In this document: in pieces, positions 8,949 through 19,557 of the stretch | Position numbering within the stretch: position 1 is the first letter of the stretch | Layout of the letters: each line of letters opens with the position of its first letter | Origin: Macrostomum lignano | Taxonomy: Eukaryota | Reading direction: 5' to 3' | Length of the DNA: 26,366 nt | Assembly (NCBI GenBank): GCA_002269645.1 | Contig: NIVC01005095.1 | Location: forward strand, 1-26,366 | Made by a program: the position numbers and the translations under genes | Notes under the pieces: model-generated | The model's database searches: none | Seen by the model: only the letters and a program-made list of their open reading frames with translations | Told to the model about the DNA's origin: nothing

Positions 8949-10202
8949 ATGGCGTGGCTGCAATCGAGAGCTACCTACCTTAATCTAATGGCAATCGCCT
9001 GCCTCTGCTACTGCGCCGACTGCGAAACCGTCGCACATGTATTTAGCATTGGACCCGTCAACTGCAACCTGACATCGTCTGGTCTTCCCTTTGACCGTGA
9101 AGTGAAAGTGTTATGTTCGCCCGACAAAGGACTCCACGTGACTCTGGAGGAGGGCAACATTGAACGCATCCTGCAACGTAGCAAAGAATATTGGAATGAA
9201 GCTCCTAGGTATTTCGAACTGCACTTTATAAACGTTCACCTGCAGTTCCCGAAGCCGCGAGACGTCGCGCCTGAGCAACTCCTGACCAAATTGCAGCTGC
9301 GGCAGTGCGACATAGCCGAAATGAGGAGTGAATTCTTTAAAAAGTGGCTACACAATACCGGTAGTGTGTCATTTCAGGAGTGCAAGTTTAAAGGCTTCGC
9401 TTGCTCAGACCTGGGTCGAGCATTCAGCACCAGCCAGATTAACGAGCTGCAGTTCATCGACTGCAAGTGGTGCCAGCAGACAACCATTGGAAACATTACC
9501 GCTAGTCAGATGACTATCAGCCAATCGGTTGCTCAGAAGGACGTTATGCTAAACGTCAACGAAATCACGTGAAAAAGAACATGAGCATTACCGTCAAATC
9601 TGGTTGGCAGCAGGCCAGATTAGGCCGGATCCGCCCCGCCCATCTGGTCCTATCCGGCTTGGAGCTGTCTGATTCTCTTGGCCGAGACTTTCTGCGCGAC
9701 GCCAAGCCCTACAGTGTGCAGCTGCGGCGGTGCAAGCTGCCGCCGGGCGCCTCCAGCAGCTGCTGCAGAATATCCTGCGCGTGAACGATCTGAGCCTGCG
9801 GGACACCGACATTGAAGATTTGCCTCTGGTGCCAATCTCAGGCGTGGAGCTGACCACGTTGGAGGTGCGAAATTGTCGACTGGACAAAGTGAATTTCTCT
9901 CGGCTAATCTACGCGTCTGGAAAGTTGGTCTCGCTCAGTCTGGTCAATGCGTCCATCAAGCAGCTGCCGGGTTCCTGGTCTCGCGTTGCCAATGGAAGCA
10001 TCTTAAGCCGTCTGAACCTGGTAGACTTGAGCAACAACCTCATACGTTTCGTACCATTTGTTCCGAACGGCCGTGCGTACTTCGATTCGGATCACTTTGA
10101 GGTCAAACTTGGCGGCAATCCACTGCACTGCGGCTGCGAACTCAAATGGCTCGCCTCGGAAGACACTCAAGTTCAGGCGGTTTACAGAAACGACGATCCA
10201 AA
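8949..10202 (+). CDS. LRR type-I membrane protein, exon 1 (signal peptide plus LRR ectodomain), with two apparent -1 frameshifts (about 9506-9570 and about 9750)
   Basis: Hydrophobic N-terminus MAWLQSRATYLNLMAIACLCYCADC. Three consecutive ORFs join into LRRs: VNDLSLRDTDIEDLP, LTTLEVRNCRLDKV, LVSLSLVNASIKQLP, LNLVDLSNNLIRFVP, then LRRCT GGNPLHCGCELKWL. Several N-glycosylation sequons (NLT, NIT, NMS, NFS, NAS, NGS). Donor AA|gtgagt at 10203. Confidence 0.85.
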
Positions 10203-11671
10203 GTGAGTGTTTGCACTTCTGCAGATGTATTTCTGATAGGTTTTTTATATATTAGAACACCTTGGCTGCATGCATTGAGGGATTTGATACTGAAAAATCG
10301 TGTTAAGGAGAGTGGCTGGCTGGAAAGGAAAGGCTGGAGGCCGATAAGGAACGCGTACTTGTCGTTTCGACATTTCGACATTTTTACATTCGTTGTCGTT
10401 GTCGTATCGACCGAATTTGTCTATGGCTCCGGCCTCCAGCTCGTTTCAAAGAAAAGCGAGTTTGGTGTCCTTCTACTTCAGTTGTCCATGTCAGCTGAAT
10501 AAAATCTATCTATGAAATATGCATTCAAGGCTTTACTTAGTCACATTGTTACACCGATTAAGGGGCTCGAAGATCTGCGAGTCTCAAAAAACAGCTTGGC
10601 TAAACCTCGCAATAGCTGACTATTGGCTCCTCTAGTGCCAAAAATCCTTCTTATTAGCAAGGAAACTTCTAGTTTTTATGCTCTTCTCTCAAAGCCTCTT
10701 TTTGCCGCTTACGAAGTAAGTAACGTAATCAAATCCAAGTAACAAAGTAAATATAGGGGCCTGTTTTAATAGCTCGATTACCAGCAGAAACGATGCATTT
10801 GCAGAAAATGTGCAATTAGCGCCAGTTCTGCTTGAAAGCGCAAGTGGCTTCATTTTAGCCAAAGAATCCAAAATAGTGCGGATGAACTGTTTATTCACTG
10901 CCAGCCTGAAATGGCTGGGCTGGGCGAGGCTGAAATTCAAGTATCTCTCGGCAGAAATTATTCATGCGGTATTAAACGGCTAAGGCTGCTGAGGGCGCCT
11001 TGGCAACACGCTTGGGAGGAGGGCTGTAGAGCTGGTTGAGTATCGCTGGCTAAGCACCGGCAAGGGACTGTGTGGATTGGGGAGAAAAGAAGTTTTATTA
11101 AAACCACACCCCAACTTCTATGAGCGAGAGGTCATGACCCGACCAGTTTTGTTCAGCATTTATGCTTTATTATGCGATTCAGTTAGATAAACTCTTAGCA
11201 CAATCTATCAAATGGATTTCTCCTGTAAGATTTGTGCGCCAAGTTGACTCAAGTGAGTAGCAACACGAAATTACACTTTGAGTGTCCCTGTGAGCACAGT
11301 TGAAGCTAGATGTGGGCTCATATAGACAGCCTCATTAGCCACTGAACGCGAAGAAGTGGATTAAGTCAGGCCAGCTGGAAAATTATAGCTTCCCAACGAG
11401 TTCGGAGTTTGCTAATCCTCCCATTGGGGATTCGGTAACTCAATCTGCGCAATGCATCGTATTACTTCGCCTTGTCCGTGCACTTTACCTCCTCGGGTCC
11501 AGTCTCAGCGAAGTCTCGCCATCAACTATTTGGATAATAGCAAGATTCTCAAAAATAGTGCATACATTAATGTAGCTCGTACCACAATAATAAAAATACG
11601 ATTTCCGCAAGGACCGACAAATGAGTCCAAAAATGAAAGCAGCAAATTGTTCTAATCAATCTGCTTCACAG

Positions 11672-11953
11672 ATGCGTCACTCCGAAGCACCTGGCGGGCC
11701 TGCGCGTTGTTGAAGCCTTTCGCAAATACAACCCCTGCGACACGGACGGCGGCATTGAACCACCGGAGGGCGGCGAAAAGGGCAGCGGCGGCCAAAAACC
11801 GGACAGTCCACCCGGTGAGGCGGGCGCCTCCCTCCTGGCCATCATCGTTGCCATCGTGGTGACGCTGATCGTGGCCGTCCTGCTGCTGGTGCTCTGCTGC
11901 CAGCTGAAGAAGCGAGCCGGCCGGCAGAATGATCGAGACAAAGTCAAGTACAC
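11672..11953 (+). CDS. LRR membrane protein, exon 2 (end of LRRCT, stalk, transmembrane helix, basic stop-transfer)
   Basis: Acceptor ctgcttcacag| in matching phase 2 gives PK-CVTPKHLAGLRV (CxxPxxLxG) ... LLAIIVAIVVTLIVAVLLLVLCC-QLKKR. Donor AC|gtgagt at 11954. Confidence 0.88.
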
Positions 11954-11967
11954 GTGAGTGACTGGCT

Positions 11968-12215
11968 GCTTGGAATGTCTATGGTTAGGGCTCTGTAGAA
12001 TTGTTCATAGACAGTTGAGTCTAATGGAAGCTTGGAATGTCTGTGGCTAGGGCTCTGTAGACAGCTGAGGTAAATGGAAGCTTGAAATGTCTATGGCTAG
12101 GGCTCTGTAGACAGCTGAGGTAAATGGAAGCTTGAAATGTCTATGGCTAGGGCTCTGTAGACAGCTGAGGTAAATGGAAGCTTGAAATGTCTATGGCTAG
12201 GGCTCTCTAGAATTG
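11968..12215. repeat. 50-bp tandem repeat, about 4.5 copies, intronic
   Basis: ggaagcttg(g/a)aatgtct at 12026, 12076, 12126 and 12176, plus a diverged first copy. Confidence 0.92.
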
Positions 12216-12241
12216 ACCATAGATAATTGACTATAGACCAT

Positions 12242-12508
12242 AGAGGAGGGGAGAGAGAAGATGGAATAGAGAAGAGTAGAGGAGAGGGGGAGAAGGAGAA
12301 GAGGAGAGAGGAGAGAGGAGAGAAAGAGAGAGAGAAGGGAGAGGAGAGGAGAGGAAAGAAGAGAGGAGAGAAGGGAGTGGATAGAAGGGAGAGGAGAGCT
12401 GACAGAGACAAACCCTCAGCAGGCAGGATTGCTATTGTGAAGTTTCAAGGACCTGGGGGTCGGATAAAGAGGGCACGTGACCCGCAGGCCGGGGTTTGCC
12501 GACCTCTA
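12242..12508 (+). mobile_element. Partial non-autonomous hAT (Charlie/MER58-like) element: GA tract plus right terminus
   Basis: Ends ...cccgcaggccggggtttgccgacctcta, like the Charlie-type end GCCCGCGGGCCGTAGTTTGCCGACCCCTG as I recall it. Shares internal segments with 16195-16990. Confidence 0.5.
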
Positions 12509-13557
12509 ATGCCAGATGCCAGCCTCAGATGAGGTTGGCACAATTGGCAGCGAGAGTCCTTCAGCTTTAGAAAAGCGGGAACCGAATTCAGAAGACAGAA
12601 TGCCCCTATTGGCAAAATGTAAATTTGATTTTCTATTTAGAGAAGACAGCCAAATGATGTCAATAAATGCGCAGTTTCTCCATAGATAGATATCTAGTAG
12701 ATGATCTCACCACATGCTTACAAGGATTAATATTTTAAAGCACTTTGCCCTTAGTAATACATCATAGTGACAGAAATGCGACCAAAACCTGGTGTTCCCT
12801 GATTAAAAAAAGGAATCGCTAATATGAAAAAAGCCGAAAATTGAAATTGGTTTTTGCGCAGTTGGTCCGACGGCAGGTCCTCCTAGCACGTTGTAAAGCT
12901 TCAAGTTCGCAAATTTAAGAATGGTTTCTTTCACGTGGTAACCGACTAAAGTAAAAACTCTTGACTTGTTTGCTTGGTGGTGAAAGGGCGTGAGAACTCA
13001 TGGCTGATGAAGTTCCCGCTGGCGAATCGAAGCTGAGACAACAGACTCCTGCTGTCCTCAATGTAAGACAAGAATGTGAAGTTTGCGTACAGTTCCAGTG
13101 ATTGATTGTAAGGAAGATTTTCTCTGTCTTTGCTTTTACTGATATAAGAGGCTTTGTTTTTTAAGCTTCCAAGCTTCCCATACGAGTATTAGTGAATCTG
13201 TCATGCTTGGTCGTATGAAGGACTACTCAAGTACAAGGACGGGAAACTACGTTTCTTAGAAAATTTTGGAATTCTTAGAAACAGTGTACATTACGGAGAT
13301 GGGAAGTTTTTTTCAGCACGAAAATTGTGCAAGACACATCGAAAGATGAACATTGGGTCTGCCTCCACATTTTTGTGCTGAAAAAGAAAACCTACAATCT
13401 CTCTAGTGTATTTTTTCGGTAAAGCCTGCCCCTAAAATTTTCCAAGAAACGTAGTTCCCCTCTATATTTGAGCATTCTTTGGTTCCGCATCTGGAGAGCA
13501 GAACACCAACGGTGACGCAACTGAGCACAATTTATCGACTTCATTTTTATTCTGTAG

Positions 13558-13627
13558 GCTATCGCCGTGGGAAGACAATCCCGTAATGCAAATGAACGGC
13601 TACTCAGTGCTGAGGTATAACGCCTGA
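13558..13627 (+). CDS. Putative last coding exon of the LRR membrane protein (short cytoplasmic tail)
   Basis: Acceptor tttttattctgtag|; phase-2 entry gives (T)LSPWEDNPVMQMNGYSVLRYNA-stop. No homology support. Confidence 0.4.
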
Positions 13628-14359
13628 CGCATCAGTTTTCATTTCTAAAGCTGTTAGTTTTAGCATTTGCACTTTTGTGTCCGTGCAAGTACACTGTGGG
13701 TGTTGCTATGAACGAGACCTGTTGCATTTTTGACCTCTGCTCTTGTGTTAACTAAGTCTCTTGTCTCTGTAGTTAGCTCTTATTGTCGTGGTTTCTTCCT
13801 CATTTTGCACAGTTTTAAACCAGTCACTGGTTGCGTGGTGTGGTGTTTAACTATATACTAATGCCAGCATCATCAAAGCACCTAGACAACTACTGGGTAC
13901 TTGGTAGTACCAGTTTATTTCGTTTTTCTTGTGCATTATCCAGCAAATTTGGTGCAGCTAAAGAATGCGTCTCTAATGAAAAATTGCACGCCTGCGAATG
14001 CGTCGTTTTTTTAAATCTCGTATCAGATTTGTTTCGTTTCTGCGACTTCTGCGCAGTTGGGATCGGTGCCCCGCTTTGCTCTCCTTCCTCTCTAGTTGGT
14101 GACAGGAAGTTCAGCTTACAGGCATATAGTTTGCCAGCACTGCATCTTGCTGTGCTCACCACACCACGCTGGGTCCTCTGGATGAAGTCAAGATTAATAG
14201 CATAGAATGAATTACAGTATAAACCAGCAGCAGACTCCACTGTACCCTATACTCTCTCAGACAATTAATTAGTGATAGTTTAATTATCACTTTGGGGTGG
14301 ACTCTGCCTTATTTTTTAGGATTCTCAAACTATAGCGTCCTTCGGCTCTCGTTGTCCGT

Positions 14360-15075
14360 GAAAACCCTCCAACAGTCATTTTTCCTAGCATCCGTGAATA
14401 CCCTCCAACAGTTATTCCTAGCATCCGTGAATACCCTCCAATAGTCACTGTTCCTAGCATCCGTGAATACCCTCCAACAGTCATTGTTCCTAGCATCCGT
14501 GAATACCCTCCAACAGTTATTCCTAGCATCCGTGAATACCCTCCAACAGTTATTCCTAGCATCCGTGAATACCCTCCAATAGTCACTGTTCCTAGCATCC
14601 GTGAATACCCTCCAACAGTTATTCCTAGCATCCGTGAATACCCTCCAATAGTCACTGTTCCTAGCATCCGTGAATACCCTCCAACAGTTATTCCTAGCAT
14701 CCGTGAATACCCTCCAATAGTCACTGTTCCTAGCATCCGTGAATACCCTCCAACAGTTATTCCTAGCATCCGTGAATACCCTCCAATAGTCACTGTTCCT
14801 AGCATCCGTGAATACCCTCCAACAGTGACTGTTCCTAGCATCCGTGAATACCCGCCAACAGTTATTCCTAGCATCCGTGAATACCCTCCAACAGTTATTC
14901 CTAGCATCCGTGAATACCCTCCAACAGTTATTCCTAGCATCCGTGAATACCCTCCAACAGTTATTCCTAGCATCCGTGAATACCCTCCAACAGTCACTGT
15001 TCCTAGCATCCGTGAATACCCTCCAATAGTCACTGTTCCTAGCATCCGTGAATACCCTCCAACAGTCACTGTTCC
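14360..15075. repeat. 33/36-bp minisatellite (ttcctagcatccgtgaataccctccaa(c/t)agt...)
   Basis: Two interleaved unit lengths; long ORFs on both strands arise from the repeat. Confidence 0.97.
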
Positions 15076-15446
15076 TAAGCATTCATTAATTACCTCCAAC
15101 AGTCACTGTTCCTAAGCATTCATTAATTACCTCCAACAGTCACTGTTCCTAAGCATTCATTAATTACCTCCAACAGTCACTGTTCCTAAGCATTCATTAA
15201 TTACCTCCAACAGTCACTGTTCCTAAGCATTCATTAATTACCTCCAATAGTCACTGTCACTGTTCCTAAGCATTCATTAATTACCTCCAACAGTCACTGT
15301 TCCTAAGCATTCATTAATTACCTCCAACAGTCACTGTTCCTAAGCATTCATTAATTACCTCCAACAGTCACTGTTCCTAAGCATTCATTAATTACCTCCA
15401 ACAGTCACTGTTCCTAAGCATTCATTAATTACCTCCAACAGTCACT
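15061..15446. repeat. 37-bp minisatellite related to the adjoining 33/36-bp array
   Basis: Period 37 (aacagtcactgttcctaagc at 15061, 15098, ...); one 6-bp internal duplication near 15250. Confidence 0.97.
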
Positions 15447-16194
15447 TTGCATAATATTATTAAATTCTTTTTCAATCCTCTTTAGCTTCACTTTTGAGTT
15501 ATATATATTCTCAAGCTTAAAAAGCTGCTTTATCTGACTAAACTCTGAAAATTCTGCATTACCAGGCGGAGATGCAATGAATGCAATGCAATAAACAAGC
15601 TGCGTTTTTGGAAGCGTTTTGAGCAACTACACCCGGCCTCCCAATTCTATTAGTTAGAAGGATCGGAACTCGCGATAAGATAACAGGGCCGAGCTCACGG
15701 GCTAGCCAGAGAGAGACAGAAGGGGAAGGCGGTGAGCAAACACAATCCCGAATGTTGGATTTGCCATTCGAGCTGTTTAGACTGCCAGAAGATTTGGTCA
15801 CATCCGATTGCCCCCTGTGCGGTGGGGCGCGTGCACTCGATGATTTATGACATTAGGCTAATATGATTAATTTAACAGAACCAATTGAAGTTGAGGTTTG
15901 AAAGAGTTTTATTGCGATTTTTTGTTTCGAGTTTTTGAAAAGAGTCACTAAATGTATAGCGAAATTAAGGATTGCCCCGGAGATACGAATAAGAGCATTT
16001 TGATGGGCGGTGGCAGTCTTTGAAGATAAGACTGCCTGACTGTGTGGCAAGCCGTGCTCAATCTAGGAAAGGGAGCCACAATTCTGCTACAAAACTGTTG
16101 CAAATTTTCTTACTTCCAACTGGCGCAGTTAACCGTTAAAGTCAAATTTTATAAAACTTCAAAATTTCAAGATTATTCACTGGTTTGTCCAGTA

Positions 16195-16824
16195 CAGGGG
16201 CCGGCAACTTTTTTACCTCAAAGGCCAGATAGAGAACCTAGTGCATGACTGTGAGGAGGGGAGAGAGGAGAGGGAATAGAGAAGAGAGAAGAGAGATAGG
16301 AGAAAGGAGAGGAGGACTGGTCTGACCGCTACCACTCAGAAACTTCAATTTCTGCGAAGTTGATGTCTACGTGGGTAAGTAGTATATTTGAAAGAATCGA
16401 ATTTAAAATAGGGGAAGAAACGAAATAGGAGACGAGAGAAGAGAGAAAAGAGAGAGGAGAGAAAGGAGACAGGAGAGTAGAGAAAGGAGAGAGGAAAGAA
16501 AGGAGAAGAGAGAGGAGAGATGAGAGAAAGGAGAAGAGAGAGGAGAGAGGAGAGAGGAGAGGAGAGAGGAGAGAAAGGAGAAGAGAGAGGAGAGAGGAGA
16601 GGAGAGAGAGAGAGAAAGGAGAGGAGAGAGGAGAGGAGAGAGGAGAGAAAGGAGAAGAGAGAGGAGAGAGGAGAGGAGAGAGGAGAGAAAGGAGAGGAGA
16701 GAGGAGAGGAGAGAGGAGAGAAAGGAGAGGAGAGAGGAGAGGAGAGAGGAGAGAAAGGAGAAGAGAGGAGAGAGAGAGGAGAGGAGAGAGGAGAAAGAGA
16801 GAGAGAGAGAGGAGAGGAGAGAGG

Positions 16825-16878
<54 letters not shown>

Positions 16879-16990
16879 GAGAAGAGAGGAGATCAGACAG
16901 AACGGAGCTGAGAAGAGACACAAATCTTGAGCGGGCCAGATCGCTATTGTAAAGTTCCAAAGGCCCGAGAGCCAGATAGAGGGGTTACGC
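16195..16990 (+). mobile_element. Partial non-autonomous hAT (Charlie/MER58-like) element: left terminus plus expanded GA tract
   Basis: Begins caggggccggcaacttttttacctcaaaggccagatag, like the Charlie-type start CAGGGGTCGGCAAACTTTTT...AAAGGGCCAGATAG as I recall it. gatcgctattgtaaagttccaa (16939-16960) matches 12427-12448 at 19/22. Confidence 0.55.
16425..16890. repeat. Polypurine (GA/GGA-rich) low-complexity tract
   Basis: Almost pure A/G on the plus strand; source of the spurious ER-rich and SL-rich ORFs. Confidence 0.97.
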
Positions 16991-18078
16991 TAAGTTAAAG
17001 AAAAGTTGCTTAATATTCAATAAGGGCCGTATTGAACATTCCCAAACACCGATTCAATAAATATTGACAGAAAATCGCAGACTCAATTGTTATTTAAAAA
17101 TGTGCGCTTCGATGAGGTACCGATTGTGCAAGAGCTCGTAACTCCGAATGAACCCTGTAGGTAATTTTCCTCTGCATTTTTCTTCCCTTCGCTTTCGGTA
17201 TTAAAGCATAATAGATTTACTAATACAAAATCTACTGATATTTTTCGCTCCGTTTTACTTTCCATTTGACCTGCTGGCTAGGACCTATCAATCAGTCGTT
17301 TATCGTTTCCTCCGCACTGCAGCCCGGCAAGCAAAGAGGATCCCAGAAGCAACAGCGACCGAACCACGATGTTGCGAAACGACGAGTCTCACGCCGGCAA
17401 GTCGGTCAGCGTCTATTCCTAGAGAGTGCGAAGTACCGACTGAATGCGAGCTTGGCTTTCCTATTAGCTGTTGTTGCTGCTGCTACATTGCTGCTCCTGC
17501 TACATCTGCGCGCTTTTTTACAGTCTCAATGCTAGTTTCTGCACGCCTATTAGCCTTCACTTCGCACCTCGCCACCCCTCCTGCACCCTGTGAGGCGCTT
17601 GAAGCACTGCAGACGCAGTGCCAATAGATGTACATGAATGTTTAATCTTATAATCATGCTATTAAACTGTTGGAGGCTATTTAGGGTGCCAGAAATGAAT
17701 TTATGCAACGCAGCTCATAGGCTGCTTTTTCCCTCACCAACAGTTTCAGTCTGTAGCGGTCTGGCTGCGTCAAGTGGCTCAGTGGAGCCTTGTGGGCAAT
17801 GGAACTAGAACATGTTCAATTGAGCAGCAAACATTTGTTCATTCATTCGGGCAACGAATTCGTGTGCTTACTGCCATGTATCTATTAACCAGGAGGCGCA
17901 ATCATAATTCATAACCAGTTTTTTGTTCTATTTATTTCCAACTTTAGATCCCTGTTATTATATATTATTAATTTTGCAACTTGGTGAGCAAATCTGTGTG
18001 TACATGAAAATTTGTGTATTGTCCGTTGTACCATTGTTACTGCATGTACATCGTTTTCATGTGAATCAGTTTTCATGT

Positions 18079-18344
18079 GGGGTTTGTAGCCTAGTGGTTA
18101 GAGCGTCGGACTCACGACTTGAAGGTCGGGGGTTCGATTCCTGATCCCACTGGAACAATTTGTGTCCTTGAGCAAGACACTTAACTCTGCATTGCTTCAG
18201 TTCTCCCAGCTGTAAAATGGGTGCCAGCATTAGCTGGGGTAATTGAGGGTTTGTGTGGCGACCCCCCAGTCCTTGGACTGAACAGCCGTACGCAGCCTTC
18301 AGATGCGCCGCGCAATAGCTGCGGCAGAGCTGTCGGTTGCACAT
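18079..18344 (+). mobile_element. tRNA-derived SINE with CORE-like central domain, copy 1
   Basis: Pol III A box tagcctagtgg and B box ggttcgattcc. Central tgtgtccttgagcaagacacttaac...cagttctcccagctgtaaaatggg resembles the MIR/CORE consensus. Second copy at 25739-26011. Confidence 0.85.
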
Positions 18345-19557
18345 CTGCTTATTAAGGCAGCTGTAATCAATTATTATTAATATTATTATGTGAATTAGCT
18401 ATTTTAATTGAATGATTAGCAAAAACTCAATTCGGTATTTCGATAGCTAACTAGAGCTGGGGCAACCCGTGACCTCAGTGCTCAACATTTTATAATTTTC
18501 TTTTATAGCCCTTCAAACTATGCAAGTCTGACGCCACCCAGGCGCCGGATAGAAATATTTCGTTTGATGGCCCCGTCATTGGGGTTGCCTATTGATAAGT
18601 GTCACCAGACTGTCACCCCACCCCGCTGACCTGGGGTTACAAAGTTGATCATTTACCTATATATAAATCAGTGGCCCTGAGACCCCGAGATATGATATCA
18701 GCAATTATTTACAAGCGAAATAAACATTTTTTTAATTTATTCGGACTCCGTTTTGAATGTCACAACTGGCAGGCAGGCCTTTTCACTATTAACAAGACGA
18801 TTGAAACTTTCTCTCTGCCTCAACTCAAATTTGCAGCTTCTGTAGACGGTATCGCAAAATCATTTGTTTGTTGCACAATCACATGTTGTTGGTTTGCTTA
18901 CCCATTTGTTATACCCTATGATCGCTCACAATATTACTTACCCCATAAGTTTGCAGCTTTTGCTATCTACATTTGCGATGTCAATATTTTAGAAATTTAT
19001 TATAGCTAAAATGAAAACGATTCTGTTTTTTTCAAACTAACAATGGTTACTTGAAGTAGACATGCCAAGTGTCTTTTGATCTTTTTTTTAATTTTAGCTT
19101 TAGCTTTAGAATTAGTGTTTTCCTATTCAAGCGGCTTTTAATTAGGTACTAGCTGAAGAAACTTTAATACGAACCGGAATAAGGCTAGTGAGGACAACAA
19201 AGACGCGGCCAAGATAACACTGCATGCTTGTTGGACTTGGAGTTTCAGTCCCTGCAGAGAGAGGGGAGCAGCAGTTGACCCCAGCAAAACAAAAAAGCAG
19301 TCATTGTGATAGCAGATACGAACCTAATTTCTCGCTAGCATATTGTACTCGAATGCTGTTTGCACAGCATTATCTATATAGCCTGGACTGCACGCAGGCT
19401 AGTGGAAGTGTGTGTTTAGCAGATAAATTCAAGCCCCCTTTTTTGTCCTTATCAACCATGAATGCTTTTGGAAGTAAAATCTGCTTCAGATACTCAGAAA
19501 TTGGCAGGAACTTGAATCGTGGACTCTTTTTCTGGTTCTTCTTTAGCCAAAGTTCAC

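Noticed and set aside
9560-9760. Programmed ribosomal frameshifting in the LRR gene
   Set aside because: No X XXY YYZ slippery site with downstream structure was seen at the inferred shifts, and the same -1 defect occurs in an unrelated gene.
13831-14240. Overlapping ORFs of 124 and 116 aa
   Set aside because: No motif, AT-rich codon use unlike the real exons; likely 3' UTR or intergenic.
12097-16960. SL-rich and ER-rich ORFs (12097-12411, 12227-12532, 16345-16960)
   Set aside because: They are translations of GA/CT low-complexity tracts.
17230-17540. Signal-peptide-like stretch on the minus strand (IVVRSLLLLGSSLLAGLQC) and ORF 17266-17535
   Set aside because: No start codon or convincing splice sites, and bounded by stops.
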